From: an uncultured SAR86 cluster bacterium
Lineage (GTDB): Bacteria > Pseudomonadota > Gammaproteobacteria > Magnimaribacterales > AG-339-G14
Assembly: GCA_902563105.1 (NCBI GenBank)
Contig: CACEVU010000002.1
Span: 10,592 to 74,591 of the forward strand
Length of the DNA stretch: 64,000 nt
Direction: 5' to 3'
Made by a program: the position numbers and the translations under genes. Below the pieces are notes generated by a model that saw only the letters and a list, made by a program, of their open reading frames with translations, was not told where the DNA came from and searched no databases. Positions 9,529 to 20,693 of the stretch are shown here, piece by piece (the stretch's first letter is position 1; every line of letters begins with the position of its first letter).

Positions 9529-10566
9529 ATGGAAAAAATCAATAAGAGATGGATCTTAGCAAAAAGACCAAAAGGAATGCCCGAAGATGGATGTTGGAAA
9601 TTAGAAGACGTTCCGATAAATGATCTTGATGATAATCAAATCTTAATAAAAGTAATGTGGCTTTCAATTGATCCATATATGCGAGGAAGAATGAATGATA
9701 TGAAGTCATATACCGAACCCGTGGCAATCGGTGAGGTGATGACTGGCGAAAGTGTTGGACAAGTAATTCAATCTAGATCAGAAAAGTTTCAAATTGGAGA
9801 TTATGTTGCAGCCCACTTGGGCTGGCAATCTTTTATAAGATGTGATGATGATAACTCCGCCTTAATGAGAATTCATCCTGACCTAGCGCCAATACAGTCT
9901 TTCTTGGGTCCTGCAGGTATGCCAGGTAGAACCGCATATTTTGGACTTAAAGAGGTAGGAAAAGTCAAAGAAAGCGATACTGTAGTTGTGTCAGCAGCCT
10001 CTGGGGCAGTAGGCTCTGTTGTTGGGCAGATGGCAAAACTTTTCGGTTGTAAAACAGTGGGTATTGCTGGTGGAAAGAAAAAATGTGATTTTGTTAAGGA
10101 CGTCATGGGACTAGACTATGCTATTGACTACAAATCAAATGAATTTAAAAGAAATTTATTTGAGGCTTGTCCGAATGGAATTGACATTTATTTTGAAAAC
10201 GTTGGTGGAGAAGTTTCTAAGGTAGTTGCTGAACTTCTTAATCCTGGAGCAAGAGTTCCTATTTGTGGTTTTATCTCAGCCTATAATTCTTTTAATTCAG
10301 ATATCTCAGAGAGAAGCCAATTGCCAGAGACTCCTTTTGATATTTTTGGAAGTTTAAATCCAGTGCCTGAGCACAGATTTTTCGTGGTAACAGAATTTAA
10401 TAAAAAGTGGGAAGAAGCCACACGCGAATTAGCCGAGTGGATGCGTCAAGGCAAAATTAAATATCAAGAGACTGTTCTAGAAGGTATCGAGAAAGCTCCA
10501 CAAGGTTTAAGAGATGTTTTAAGTGGTAAAAATTTTGGTAAACAACTTATAAAAGTGAGTGACTAA
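9529..10566 (+). CDS. NADP-dependent oxidoreductase (MDR, CurA/YncB/PTGR-like)
   Basis: LSIDPYMRGRM, GMPGRTAYFGL, VSAASGAVGS, YFENVGG, GKNFGK. Confidence 0.9.
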   Translation: MEKINKRWILAKRPKGMPEDGCWKLEDVPINDLDDNQILIKVMWLSIDPYMRGRMNDMKSYTEPVAIGEVMTGESVGQVIQSRSEKFQIGDYVAAHLGWQSFIRCDDDNSALMRIHPDLAPIQSFLGPAGMPGRTAYFGLKEVGKVKESDTVVVSAASGAVGSVVGQMAKLFGCKTVGIAGGKKKCDFVKDVMGLDYAIDYKSNEFKRNLFEACPNGIDIYFENVGGEVSKVVAELLNPGARVPICGFISAYNSFNSDISERSQLPETPFDIFGSLNPVPEHRFFVVTEFNKKWEEATRELAEWMRQGKIKYQETVLEGIEKAPQGLRDVLSGKNFGKQLIKVSD

Positions 10567-12181
10567 AAAACTTTTAATAAAAACTAATCTTCCTTGGTGG
10601 AAAAAGGGAGTTATTTACCAAATCTACCCTCGTTCATTCAATGATACCTCTGGAAATGGTATCGGAGATCTAAATGGAATTTCTAAAAAAATCCCTTACC
10701 TATCTAAGCTGGGAATCGACGCCATTTGGCTTTCTCCAATATTTAACTCTCCGATGAAAGATATGGGATACGATGTTTCTGATTACACTTCAATTGATCC
10801 ATTATTTGGAACCATTCAAGATTTTGAAAAACTTATTGAAAGAGCCAAAAGTAATAAAATCAAAGTAATAATTGACCAGGTCTTATCGCATAGCTCGGAT
10901 GCCCATCCATTTTTCAAGCTTAGCAAATCAAGTACAAATAATTCAAAATCTAATTGGTACGTTTGGGCGAATGCTAAACCCGATGGCTCTCCTCCAAACA
11001 ATTGGCTATCTGTATTCGGGGGTTCTGCATGGGAATGGGACACCACTAGGGAGCAATATTTCTTACATAACTTTTTAAAGTCTCAACCGGACTTTAATTT
11101 TCATAATGAAGAAGTTCAAAATTGGTTACTTTCGACCGTTAAATTTTGGCTTGAAAAAGGTGTTGATGGCTTTAGGCTTGATACTGCTAACTATTATTTT
11201 CATGATCAGAAGCTCAGAGATAATCCTGCTAACAAATCAAAAGCTTCTAAAAAAAATCCTTATTACTATCAGGATTTAAAATATTCAATTAATCAAAAAG
11301 ATAACTATAAATTTTTGGAAAAACTCAGAAATCTTACAGATAAATATGAACAAAAAACAATGATTGGAGAAATTTCAAATACAGAATTACAGGCAAAATA
11401 CACCTCAGGTAATAATAAATTACACATGGCTTATAGTTTTGATCTCCTTAGAGATGAGTTTTCTCCGAGGCATATAAGGAACACTGTTTCCAAGTTTTTT
11501 AAAGAAACTAAAGATGGATGGCCGACTTGGAGTTTTTCTAATCACGATGTAGTAAGACATTTATCTAGATGGAATGAATCTAAAAGAGGTAGGCAAAAAT
11601 TTGCAAGATTAACCTGCGCATTGCTCATGTCATTAAAAGGGACTCCATGTATCTATCAGGGAGAAGAGCTGGGTCAAACACAAACCAAAATTGAGTTTGA
11701 TGAAATCAAAGATCCACCAGGAAAAAAATTCTGGCCTATGGACTTTGGAAGAGATGGATGCAGAACACCAATGACTTGGGATCACAATAAAAAATTTGCT
11801 GGCTTTTCAGTAAAGAAACCCTGGCTTCCAATCAAAAAAGAGCAAATTGTCAACTCTGCTAAAAAGCAATTAAAAGATAAGAACTCTATTTATTATTTTT
11901 ATAAAGAATTTATATCTTTAAGAAAAAAAATACCCTTCTTTAATGAAGAAATTTATTTTTTAAAAAATGATGATGTTTTGATTTTCTATAGAGGAAACAA
12001 AAAAGAAATTTGTTGTGTTTTTAATTTGTCAAAAAAAGAAATTGTTATCGAAAATGATTTTGGAAAAAAAATGCCCTTTCTTCCCTCTCAGCATATCAAG
12101 CAAGATTCTAAAAAAATAAAAATCTCTTCTTATGGATTTTGTTTCTTTTCGAAAATAGATTTTGAAAAATCAAAACGATAA
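10559..12181 (+). CDS. GH13 alpha-glucosidase (AglA-like)
   Basis: WWKKGVIYQIYPRSF, DMGYDVSDY, catalytic DGFRLD / GE / SNHD, YQGEELG, RDGCRTPM. Confidence 0.92.
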   Translation: MTKKLLIKTNLPWWKKGVIYQIYPRSFNDTSGNGIGDLNGISKKIPYLSKLGIDAIWLSPIFNSPMKDMGYDVSDYTSIDPLFGTIQDFEKLIERAKSNKIKVIIDQVLSHSSDAHPFFKLSKSSTNNSKSNWYVWANAKPDGSPPNNWLSVFGGSAWEWDTTREQYFLHNFLKSQPDFNFHNEEVQNWLLSTVKFWLEKGVDGFRLDTANYYFHDQKLRDNPANKSKASKKNPYYYQDLKYSINQKDNYKFLEKLRNLTDKYEQKTMIGEISNTELQAKYTSGNNKLHMAYSFDLLRDEFSPRHIRNTVSKFFKETKDGWPTWSFSNHDVVRHLSRWNESKRGRQKFARLTCALLMSLKGTPCIYQGEELGQTQTKIEFDEIKDPPGKKFWPMDFGRDGCRTPMTWDHNKKFAGFSVKKPWLPIKKEQIVNSAKKQLKDKNSIYYFYKEFISLRKKIPFFNEEIYFLKNDDVLIFYRGNKKEICCVFNLSKKEIVIENDFGKKMPFLPSQHIKQDSKKIKISSYGFCFFSKIDFEKSKR

Positions 12182-12183
12182 TT

Positions 12184-13056
12184 TTATGTGGTCATTTCTT
12201 CTAAAATAGATTTTCCTATTTCAGATGGGCTTTTGACAGTTCTCACACCAGCATTTTCAAGGGAATTAAATTTATCTTCTGCAGTTCCCTTACCACCAGA
12301 AATTATTGCGCCTGCATGGCCCATTCTTTTTCCTGGAGGTGCGCTTACTCCTGCAATATAACCAACCACAGGTTTTGAGACATTTTTCTTTATAAATTCA
12401 GCAGCTTCTTCTTCAGCCGATCCTCCTATTTCTCCTACCATGACAATACCCTCAGTTTGAGAGTCCTCCTCAAATAATTTTAAAACATCTATAAAGCTTG
12501 TACCTGGAAGTGGATCTCCACCAATACCTACACAAGTTGATTGTCCAAGGCCGACTTTGGATGTTTGATCAACTGCTTCGTAAGTGAGAGTTCCTGATCT
12601 TGATACTATTCCCACCTTGCCAGGTTTATGGATGAAACCAGGCATAATACCTAGTTTACATTCACCAGGAGTTATTATCCCAGGGCAATTTGGTCCAATA
12701 ATTCTGATGCCCTCCTTATCTGCTAATTCTTTAACTTCTAGCATATCCAAAGTTGGGATCCCTTCAGTTATGCAAATTATCAATTCAATTCCACTTTCTA
12801 TCGCCTCAATTATTGAAGGTTTGCAAAACTTAGCAGGTACAAAAATTATGCTGGCATTAGCCTCAGTGGCTTGTTTAGCCTCAAGGACAGAGTTATAAAC
12901 CGGAAGATCTAAATGAGTTTGGCCTCCTTTTCCAGGAGTGACTCCACCTAAAATATTAGTTCCGTACTCTATAGCTTGACTGCAATGCAAAGTGCCTTGC
13001 GAACCAGTAAACCCCTGACAAATTACTCTAGTCTCTTTATTGATTAAGATGCTCAT
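12184..13056 (-). CDS. sucD: Succinyl-CoA synthetase alpha subunit
   Basis: [31 protein letters not shown]. Confidence 0.98.
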   Translation of the reverse strand: MSILINKETRVICQGFTGSQGTLHCSQAIEYGTNILGGVTPGKGGQTHLDLPVYNSVLEAKQATEANASIIFVPAKFCKPSIIEAIESGIELIICITEGIPTLDMLEVKELADKEGIRIIGPNCPGIITPGECKLGIMPGFIHKPGKVGIVSRSGTLTYEAVDQTSKVGLGQSTCVGIGGDPLPGTSFIDVLKLFEEDSQTEGIVMVGEIGGSAEEEAAEFIKKNVSKPVVGYIAGVSAPPGKRMGHAGAIISGGKGTAEDKFNSLENAGVRTVKSPSEIGKSILEEMTT

Positions 13057-14210
13057 ACCGAATTTTTCACTGCTAATTCAGCAGCTTCTGATAGCTCATC
13101 CGCAGAAATAATATTTAAATCACTTTCAGAAAGAATTTGTTTTGCCTCTTCTGAATTATTGCCTTTCAGTCTAACAATGACTGGAATATCCACGCCTACT
13201 TCCGAGACTGCTGAAACTATCCCCAAGGCAACAACATCGCATCTTACAATACCTCCAAAAATATTTATCAAGATTGACTTAACTTTTTCATCAGAAAGAA
13301 TTATCTTAAACGCTTCAGCTACTCGTTCTTTATCTACGGTACCTCCGACATCTAAAAAATTAGCCGGAAATCCTCCAGAAAGTTTAATTATGTCCATTGT
13401 TGCCATTGCAAGACCAGCTCCATTTACCATACACCCGATATTTCCATCCAAAGCTACGTAGTTAAGATCCCACTTTGCTGCTTCAATTTCTTTTTGATTT
13501 TCTTGTGAAGGATCTCGAAGTTTCAGAAGATCTTCTTGTCTAAATAAGGCATTTTCATCGATATTAATCTTTGCATCCAAACACTTTAGGGAGTCATTTT
13601 GATCAACAACAAGAGGGTTGATTTCTATCAACGAAAGGTCTTTTTCAAAAAATAAATTTATCAACCCTCTAACTATCTTTTTAAATTCAATGATTTGATC
13701 TGAAGATAATTTAAGGCCATTAGCCAAAGGCATAATATCAAAATTATTTTTTTTGTTTTTATTGATTTTGATCTTATAAATCTTTTCTGGACTATCTGCT
13801 GCAACTTTTTCTATATCCATTCCACCTTCAGGCGATGCCATTACAACAAGAGACTGAGTGCTTCTATCTATTACAGCTCCTAGATAAAATTCTTTTTTTA
13901 TAGAAGTACTCTCTGCAATCATAATTGCAGAAACAGGTTTCCCTTCTTCGCCCGTCTGATTATTTATGAATTTTTTACTGAGCCAATCTTTAGCAAAATT
14001 TTCAATTTCTTGAAGATCTTTAGTGATTTTCACTCCACCAACTTTTCCTCGTCCTCCAGCATGAACTTGAACCTTTACAACGAACTCGGGGCCTTCTAAT
14101 TTTGTTATTAAGCTGTGTACCTCTTCATGAGAAAATACAACCACGTATTTAGGCGTGGGTAAGCCAAAATTTTCTAGTAATTTTCTGGATTGATATTCGT
14201 GTAAGTTCAA
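13053..14210 (-). CDS. sucC: Succinyl-CoA synthetase beta subunit
   Basis: MNLHEYQ (TTG start), [29 protein letters not shown]. Confidence 0.98.
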   Translation of the reverse strand: MNLHEYQSRKLLENFGLPTPKYVVVFSHEEVHSLITKLEGPEFVVKVQVHAGGRGKVGGVKITKDLQEIENFAKDWLSKKFINNQTGEEGKPVSAIMIAESTSIKKEFYLGAVIDRSTQSLVVMASPEGGMDIEKVAADSPEKIYKIKINKNKKNNFDIMPLANGLKLSSDQIIEFKKIVRGLINLFFEKDLSLIEINPLVVDQNDSLKCLDAKINIDENALFRQEDLLKLRDPSQENQKEIEAAKWDLNYVALDGNIGCMVNGAGLAMATMDIIKLSGGFPANFLDVGGTVDKERVAEAFKIILSDEKVKSILINIFGGIVRCDVVALGIVSAVSEVGVDIPVIVRLKGNNSEEAKQILSESDLNIISADELSEAAELAVKNSV

Positions 14211-14220
14211 AGCTTTAATA

Positions 14221-14961
14221 TTATAAAGCTCTTTTCACCAACATTTTTTTTATTTCGCCAATTGCTTTAGTAGGATTAAGTCCTTTAGGACATACAGATA
14301 CACAATTCATTATTCCATGACATCTGAAAACACTAAACGCATCTTCGAGTTGTTCTAATCTTTCTTCGGTTGCCGTATCTCTGCTATCGGCAATGAACCT
14401 ATAAGCTTGTAATAAGGCTGCAGGACCAAGAAATTTATCAGGATTCCACCAGAAAGATGGGCAAGCAGTGGAACAACAGCCGCACATTATACATTCGTAA
14501 AGACCATCTAGTTTTTCCCTTTCTTGCACCGTTTGAGGAATAGCTTCTCTGGTGTCAACTTTTTTATCAGTTATTAAGTAAGGCTTTACTTTTTTATATT
14601 GATCAACAAACTGCTTCATATCTACTATCAAATCTTTAATAACGGGTAAGCCAGGTAAAGGTCTTATTGATAGTTTGTTGGATCTCACAGCATCAGATAA
14701 AGGAGTAATACAACCTAAACCATTTTTTCCATTTATGTTTAATCCATCTGAACCGCAAACTCCTTCTCTGCAGGACCTTCTAAAGGAAATTGAAGGATCT
14801 TTTTCTTTAGCAAGCATTAAAACATCAAGAACCATTAAATCCTTTTCTAGGGGGATATCTATATCAAAGTCCTGCATATAAGGCTTTTCTTTTTTCAAAG
14901 GGTCGTAGCGATAAATACTCAATTTGAGAGTTTTTATTTCGTTTGCTGCTATAGAATTCAT
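14221..14961 (-). CDS. sdhB: Succinate dehydrogenase iron-sulfur subunit
   Basis: RRSCREGVCGSD, CIMCGCCSTACPSFWWN, CHGIMNCVSVCPKG. Confidence 0.98.
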   Translation of the reverse strand: MNSIAANEIKTLKLSIYRYDPLKKEKPYMQDFDIDIPLEKDLMVLDVLMLAKEKDPSISFRRSCREGVCGSDGLNINGKNGLGCITPLSDAVRSNKLSIRPLPGLPVIKDLIVDMKQFVDQYKKVKPYLITDKKVDTREAIPQTVQEREKLDGLYECIMCGCCSTACPSFWWNPDKFLGPAALLQAYRFIADSRDTATEERLEQLEDAFSVFRCHGIMNCVSVCPKGLNPTKAIGEIKKMLVKRAL

Positions 14962-16766
14962 TAGTAAGTTCTTACTATGGGTTGAAAAGCTTGAACTTGC
15001 TTAGGTCTAAAGTTTACTTCTCTTTTGGAAACTTGCTTAGAATCAGCATAATAAATTGAATGTTTAAGCCAATTATCATCATCTCTTTCAGGATAGTCTT
15101 CTCTTGAATGAGCTCCTCTACTTTCTTTCCTTTCATTTGCACTAATCGCCGTAGCTTCAGCCACCTCAATCAAGTTCAATAATTCTAAGGCTTCAACTCT
15201 TGCTGTGTTGAACTGAGATGACTTATCAGCTAAATGAATGTTTTGGGACTTTTCTCTCAGATTAGATACCTCTTTAATGCCGTTGACCATTAATTCTTCC
15301 GTTCTAAAAACCCCAAAGTTCATTTGCATTGTTTTTTGGAGATCTTTTTTGACCTCAACGAAGTTTTCACCAGATTGACTTACGTTTACTCGATTTAAGT
15401 TTCTTAAAGCGTAATCTATGTCTCCAGAAGACGGGTTATCTAATTCAATGCCCGATTTAAAGGTTTCTTCAATATGGAGACCTGCTGATCTGCCAAAAAC
15501 AATTAAGTCAAGAAGTGAATTTCCTCCAAGTCTATTTCCTCCATGGACAGAAACACAAGCAGCCTCTCCGGCGGCATAAAGGCCATCAATAATTTTATCT
15601 GTACCATCAGGGTTCTGGGATATCACTTGTCCATGAACGTTAGTGGGTATTCCTCCCATAGCATAGTGACATGTAGGAACCACTGGGATTGGGTGTTCGG
15701 CTGGATCAACGTGTGCGAATCTTTTGGAAAGTTCTGTTACTCCAGGAAGTCTTTTGTGAACAATTTCGGGTCCTAAGTGGTCAAGTTTAAGAAAGACATG
15801 ATCTGCATCTGGTCCGCAACCTCTTCCTTCTAAAATCTCAGTAAACATTGATCTAGCGACTACGTCTCTGCTGGCGAGATCCTTATAATTTGGCGCATAT
15901 CTTTCCATGAACCTCTCACCATCTTTGTTAATTAAGTAGCCGCCTTCTCCTCTACAACCTTCAGTAACTAAGGTTCCATGACCATGAATTCCAGTAGGAT
16001 GAAATTGCCACATTTCCATATCTTGTACAGGGTAACCTGCTCTCAAGGCCATACCTGTTCCATCGCCAGTATTAATCAAAGCATTTGATGTGGTCTGGTA
16101 AATACGTCCCGCGCCTCCAGTAGCTAGTACAGTTGCCTTAGATTTAAGAAAGAAAGGCTCTCCAGATTCTATTTCAAAAGCAATAACTCCAACTACTTGG
16201 TCATTTTGATTTTTGACAAGATCTACTGCAAACCACTCAGAAAGAAAGTTTGTTCCTGCTTTAACATTGGCCTGAAATAAAGTATGCAAAAGTGCGTGAC
16301 CTGTTCTATCAGCTGCAGCGCAGGTCCTTTCAGCTTGTCCGCCCTTGCCATAATCTTTTGATTGACCTCCAAAAGCTCTTTGGTAAATCTTTCCTTCATC
16401 TGTTCTTGAAAATGGCAAGCCCATGTTCTCGAGTTCGAAAATGGCTTCTGGCCCTTCTTTACACATATATTCAATAGAATCTTGGTCGCCGATAAAATCT
16501 GAGCCTTTAACGGTGTCATACATATGCCATCTCCAATCATCGTCTGGATCAGCACTTTGAATTGAACAAGTAATACCCCCTTGGGCAGAAACGGTATGAG
16601 ACCTTGTTGGAAAAACTTTTGAAACAACAGCGGTATTTAATCCAGATTTAGCTAATTGGAGGGAAGCCATCATTCCTGAACCTCCGCCGCCAACAATAAT
16701 ACCGTCGAACTCCTTCACTGGAAGTGAAGCTGCATCTAATAAAGTACCTTTTCCATTCATTGCCAT
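14961..16766 (-). CDS. sdhA: Succinate dehydrogenase flavoprotein subunit
   Basis: [35 protein letters not shown]. Confidence 0.98.
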   Translation of the reverse strand: MAMNGKGTLLDAASLPVKEFDGIIVGGGGSGMMASLQLAKSGLNTAVVSKVFPTRSHTVSAQGGITCSIQSADPDDDWRWHMYDTVKGSDFIGDQDSIEYMCKEGPEAIFELENMGLPFSRTDEGKIYQRAFGGQSKDYGKGGQAERTCAAADRTGHALLHTLFQANVKAGTNFLSEWFAVDLVKNQNDQVVGVIAFEIESGEPFFLKSKATVLATGGAGRIYQTTSNALINTGDGTGMALRAGYPVQDMEMWQFHPTGIHGHGTLVTEGCRGEGGYLINKDGERFMERYAPNYKDLASRDVVARSMFTEILEGRGCGPDADHVFLKLDHLGPEIVHKRLPGVTELSKRFAHVDPAEHPIPVVPTCHYAMGGIPTNVHGQVISQNPDGTDKIIDGLYAAGEAACVSVHGGNRLGGNSLLDLIVFGRSAGLHIEETFKSGIELDNPSSGDIDYALRNLNRVNVSQSGENFVEVKKDLQKTMQMNFGVFRTEELMVNGIKEVSNLREKSQNIHLADKSSQFNTARVEALELLNLIEVAEATAISANERKESRGAHSREDYPERDDDNWLKHSIYYADSKQVSKREVNFRPKQVQAFQPIVRTY

Positions 16767-16768
16767 AA

Positions 16769-17134
16769 CTAGTTACCTAAAATATAAAAACTACAAATAA
16801 TTAACCCAGAAGCTTGAAACCAACTAAAGCCGATAACCAATGGTCTCAGGACTTTCGCGGATACACCTATCTGCGCATGGGTAAGGTAATCTGTTGCAAT
16901 GTTCCATATTCCCTGTATTGAATGATAAGCAATTGAAAACGCAACTATTACCGTAAATATTTCTATAAGGAGAATATCAAAAAAGCTTGTTAGTTGTTCA
17001 TAATTAAAGCTTCTATTCACTAACCAATAGAAGGTTATAACTGAAAAATATACTGCTTGAATGACGGCAGTTACTCTGACAAAGACATAATCAAAAACTC
17101 CTGTTTTTTTTAATTTATAAAGCTTAGTTACCAT
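16769..17134 (-). CDS. sdhD: Succinate dehydrogenase membrane anchor
   Basis: [13 protein letters not shown]...GIW...TDY; lies between sdhC and sdhA. Confidence 0.88.
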   Translation of the reverse strand: MVTKLYKLKKTGVFDYVFVRVTAVIQAVYFSVITFYWLVNRSFNYEQLTSFFDILLIEIFTVIVAFSIAYHSIQGIWNIATDYLTHAQIGVSAKVLRPLVIGFSWFQASGLIICSFYILGN

Positions 17135-17496
17135 GTCAGCATCAAAAAAATAATAAGAAAAAAGGCAGTTGCAAAGAAAGTAGAGATAGCTGAAAGTCTT
17201 CCAGCACGAAGAGTTTCCCAGTATCCAAAATCCATTACAAGATGTCTCAAACCTGAAACAAAATGATAAAAAATTGCAGTTATAAAAATTGTGAATATGA
17301 TCTTAAAAAAAGGATTTTCGTAAATAATAAGAAAAAGGCTGTAATTATTTTTCGAGCTAAGCGCAAAGACAAGTAATGCCATCATTGGAAGGGATAAAAC
17401 AAAAATTGCTACTGCAGAAAGTCTATGCAAAATTGATGAAACACCTGCAGCAGGTAATGCAATCTTAAACAAGTTTAAATATCTTGGTGAATTCAT
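17128..17496 (-). CDS. sdhC: Succinate dehydrogenase cytochrome b556 subunit
   Basis: SILHRLS, YHFVSGLRHLVMD. Confidence 0.93.
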   Translation of the reverse strand: MNSPRYLNLFKIALPAAGVSSILHRLSAVAIFVLSLPMMALLVFALSSKNNYSLFLIIYENPFFKIIFTIFITAIFYHFVSGLRHLVMDFGYWETLRAGRLSAISTFFATAFFLIIFLMLTW

Positions 17497-17533
17497 CTCA
17501 ATCGTTACAAATTATATTTCAAATAATAGGAAT

Positions 17534-18919
17534 TCAATGTCTTGCTATTCTTTTTCTCTTAGCTAATTGCTTTTTTGTAAGTTTATTCTTTTTATACTTA
17601 AAGGGATTTGTATTGTTCTTAAAAATCATTTTTATGGGGATTCCATGAAAATTCATTTTTTTTCTCAGAAAATTTTCTAAATATTTTTGATACTGTTTTG
17701 TTAACTTATCCAAATTATTTCCTTGTATTTTCAAAATAGTAGGTTGAGTTGAAATTAGATTTGCATACTTAATTTTGGGTCTAAATCTTCCCGACATTTG
17801 TGGTGGATTTACACTATAGGCTTCCACAAGAAAATCATTTAATTGAGAAGTATCAATTTTTTTACTGCTTTTTTTGATTAAACTAATAAGTTCTTTAAAA
17901 GTCTTTGAAGTACCTTTGTTTAATTTTGCAGAAATGTAATTGATATTTATACCGGAAACGAATGATAATTTCCTATTAATTGATCTTGTTAAGTTTGATT
18001 TATCGTATTGAGAAAGTTTATCTGACTTATTTATCGCAATAACTATAGGCTTTCCATAAGAGATTGTGAGGGAGATAAGATGGAGATCTTGATCAGTTAT
18101 AGCTTCTTTTCCGTCAATTAAATATAAAACACCTGAAGATGCTCGCATACTAGAAATTGCTTTTGAGACAGAGAATTTTTCTATGTTTTGATCTATTCTT
18201 GATTTTTTTCTCAGTCCTGCTGTATCAAATATTTCAATCTGATTCATTTTGAATATTAAATCTTTAGAGACTGTATCTCTCGTAGTGCCAGCCTTGCTTG
18301 ATACTATGGATCTATTTTCTTTTATGATTGAATTAAAAAGAGTTGATTTTCCTGCATTTGGTTTTCCTAAAATACTTATCTTTATTTTGTCTTGAATTTG
18401 GTTGCTTGAAAATTCATGAAATTCATCATTTTTAAAATTACTATATATTTCATCCTTTAGGCTCTTTAATCCTAGACCGTTTTTGGCAGATATCTTTATA
18501 AATTGTTTCAAGCCCAATTGATAATAATCATTAAAATTTTGTTCAGAAGTTTTCAGCTCAGATTTGTTTAGGGCAAGAATGTATTTTTTCCCTGATTTTC
18601 TTAAGATATCATTTATTTCGTAATCTTCTTGGCAAAGACCAAAATTGGCATCTACCAAAAAAATAAATCCATCGGCTTCTTGGATCGCCTTATCTATTTC
18701 TTTAAGAATAAGCTGATTAAGCTCTTCTTTGTCTTTAGACACTCCTCCAGTATCAACTAAAGAAAAATTTTTTGAAAAGATAGAGAAATTTCCATAAAGT
18801 CTATCTCTGGTAAGTCCTGAAAAGTCTGCAACAATCGCTCTATCCTCGCCAATAAGTTTATTAAAAAGGGACGATTTTCCAACGTTTGGTCTTCCAATTA
18901 TTGCGATTATAGGTCCCAT
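17534..18919 (-). CDS. der: Ribosome biogenesis GTPase Der (EngA)
   Basis: Tandem G domains GRPNVGKS/DTGG and GKPNAGKS/DTAG; C-terminal KH-like domain. Confidence 0.96.
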   Translation of the reverse strand: MGPIIAIIGRPNVGKSSLFNKLIGEDRAIVADFSGLTRDRLYGNFSIFSKNFSLVDTGGVSKDKEELNQLILKEIDKAIQEADGFIFLVDANFGLCQEDYEINDILRKSGKKYILALNKSELKTSEQNFNDYYQLGLKQFIKISAKNGLGLKSLKDEIYSNFKNDEFHEFSSNQIQDKIKISILGKPNAGKSTLFNSIIKENRSIVSSKAGTTRDTVSKDLIFKMNQIEIFDTAGLRKKSRIDQNIEKFSVSKAISSMRASSGVLYLIDGKEAITDQDLHLISLTISYGKPIVIAINKSDKLSQYDKSNLTRSINRKLSFVSGININYISAKLNKGTSKTFKELISLIKKSSKKIDTSQLNDFLVEAYSVNPPQMSGRFRPKIKYANLISTQPTILKIQGNNLDKLTKQYQKYLENFLRKKMNFHGIPIKMIFKNNTNPFKYKKNKLTKKQLAKRKRIARH

Positions 18920-18932
18920 ATTTGGGACAATA

Positions 18933-20066
18933 TCATTGGAGCGTGAAGAGTGAAAGTTTTCCTTTAGAATCTAACGCTAACACTGTCTCTTCTTCGACAG
19001 AAACAGAAATAATCTTTGATCTTGATATTCTTTGCCTCGCTACTTGCTCTCCTTGATTAGTATCCAATACATGAAGATAGCCTTGAAAGTCTCCATAAAC
19101 TATTAGGGATTTTATTTTTTTTGGAGAAGTTAGTTCTCTCAAATAAAAATCTTTATTGAGCCACTCTAAATCCCCATTATTTTGTGAATAGGCTATAACC
19201 TGATCCTTTTCGTCTATTAAAATTACCTTGCCCCTTGAAGATAGTAGGTCGTTTGCTGTAGAAGTCTTTTCTTTCCAAATGAATCTTCCTGACCTAGCGT
19301 CCAAAGCAGCAATGTCACCTTGAAAAGTTGCAACAAAAGCTATTCCGCCAGAAAAAACAAAATTTCCGTCTATATCAACTATTCTTCCAATCTCAGAAGT
19401 TTCTTTAGATGTGGTAATAGGTATTTCCCATTGGGTAACCCCAGATCTAGGTTCGATCTTTGCCAAATTTCCGTTTGAAAATCCTACAAATAAGAAGCCC
19501 TCATAAAATGATGGTTCAGATGTACCTCTAAGAGTTAAATTTGGTATGACGCTCCTGTAATCCCATCTGAATTTTCCGGTATCTAAGTCTAAAGCTGTAA
19601 CCCTTCCATCAATATTTTGAATAGCAACAATATCGCCATCAGTAGCAGGTGGAGCTAAGATCTCTCCTTCGGTTGAATACTGCCAGAGAATCTCTCCGGA
19701 ACTTTTTTCCAAACAAAAGACATTTCCGTCTGAAGAGCTCAATAACAGTTTATTAAAACCCAATGTAATACCAGTTGAAATATTTGTATCTAACTTATTA
19801 CTCCAAGTTTTCTTTCCATTTTTAGAAATTGATTTTATCTCTCCTTTTGAGTCGAAAACGTAAATGTTTTTATCATCAGAAGAAATTCTCACCTTGCCAG
19901 AAGGCATTGATTTAAAAACATTTAAAGACCAACTTTTATCTAAAGAAAATTTCTCTGAAAATTCTTTAGTTAATTCGTTTGGTTTTTCCTCTTCTTTTGC
20001 CCCAGTTTCGCAAGCAACAAGAAAAATAAAGAATATTAAAAGAACATATTTTTTTTGATACATCAT
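18933..20066 (-). CDS. bamB: Outer membrane protein assembly factor BamB
   Basis: Lipobox LVAC; PQQ-like propeller repeats; LTLRGTS, VDIDG; yfgM-bamB-der synteny. Confidence 0.9.
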   Translation of the reverse strand: MMYQKKYVLLIFFIFLVACETGAKEEEKPNELTKEFSEKFSLDKSWSLNVFKSMPSGKVRISSDDKNIYVFDSKGEIKSISKNGKKTWSNKLDTNISTGITLGFNKLLLSSSDGNVFCLEKSSGEILWQYSTEGEILAPPATDGDIVAIQNIDGRVTALDLDTGKFRWDYRSVIPNLTLRGTSEPSFYEGFLFVGFSNGNLAKIEPRSGVTQWEIPITTSKETSEIGRIVDIDGNFVFSGGIAFVATFQGDIAALDARSGRFIWKEKTSTANDLLSSRGKVILIDEKDQVIAYSQNNGDLEWLNKDFYLRELTSPKKIKSLIVYGDFQGYLHVLDTNQGEQVARQRISRSKIISVSVEEETVLALDSKGKLSLFTLQ

Positions 20067-20686
20067 TCTGTTAAAGCTGAAATCTTAAGATTAATAATAT
20101 TTTTTTGGGTTTCATTTTCAGATATCATCAGTGCCTCTTTGAAAGATTTTTTTGCATCTTGAAATTTGTTTTCTAAAGCAAGAATATCTCCTTCGAAGAT
20201 TAATTTATTGGCTCTATAAATTGTAAAATCATCTTTTAATAAATTTTTAGCTCTATCTAAATCTTCTAAATCAATCAAAATACTTATGATTCTCAAATTA
20301 ACTATTTCTTTTAGAAAATTAAACTCTTCTCCCTTATTGCTTAAGATCTCTTTTGCTTTGACCAGCTCAAATAGACCTTCCTGCATTTCATTTTTACTAA
20401 TAAATTCTGCTGCGCGTAAAGATTTAAGCATAGCCAAATAGATGGATTCTTCATTAATTTTAGATATTTTATTAAAAGCCAACAAATACTCTTCTTCATC
20501 AAAGTTCAATTCTGAGTAAGAGCTATAAAACTTTAAGAAAGAATCTCCAGTTTCTTGATCTCTTTTTTGAGCTGAAATCGTGTAATAAAAATAAATTCCA
20601 TATAGAAAAACGAAAGTAGTAATAAATAAGATCACTTTCACATAATTTTCTATAACCCAATCATAAATGCTTTTAAAAATAATCAT
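20063..20686 (-). CDS. yfgM: YfgM-like membrane-anchored TPR protein
   Basis: N-terminal TM segment, EGDILA TPR-like motif, position between hisS and bamB; divergent. Confidence 0.7.
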   Translation of the reverse strand: MIIFKSIYDWVIENYVKVILFITTFVFLYGIYFYYTISAQKRDQETGDSFLKFYSSYSELNFDEEEYLLAFNKISKINEESIYLAMLKSLRAAEFISKNEMQEGLFELVKAKEILSNKGEEFNFLKEIVNLRIISILIDLEDLDRAKNLLKDDFTIYRANKLIFEGDILALENKFQDAKKSFKEALMISENETQKNIINLKISALTE

Positions 20687-20693
20687 TATTAGT

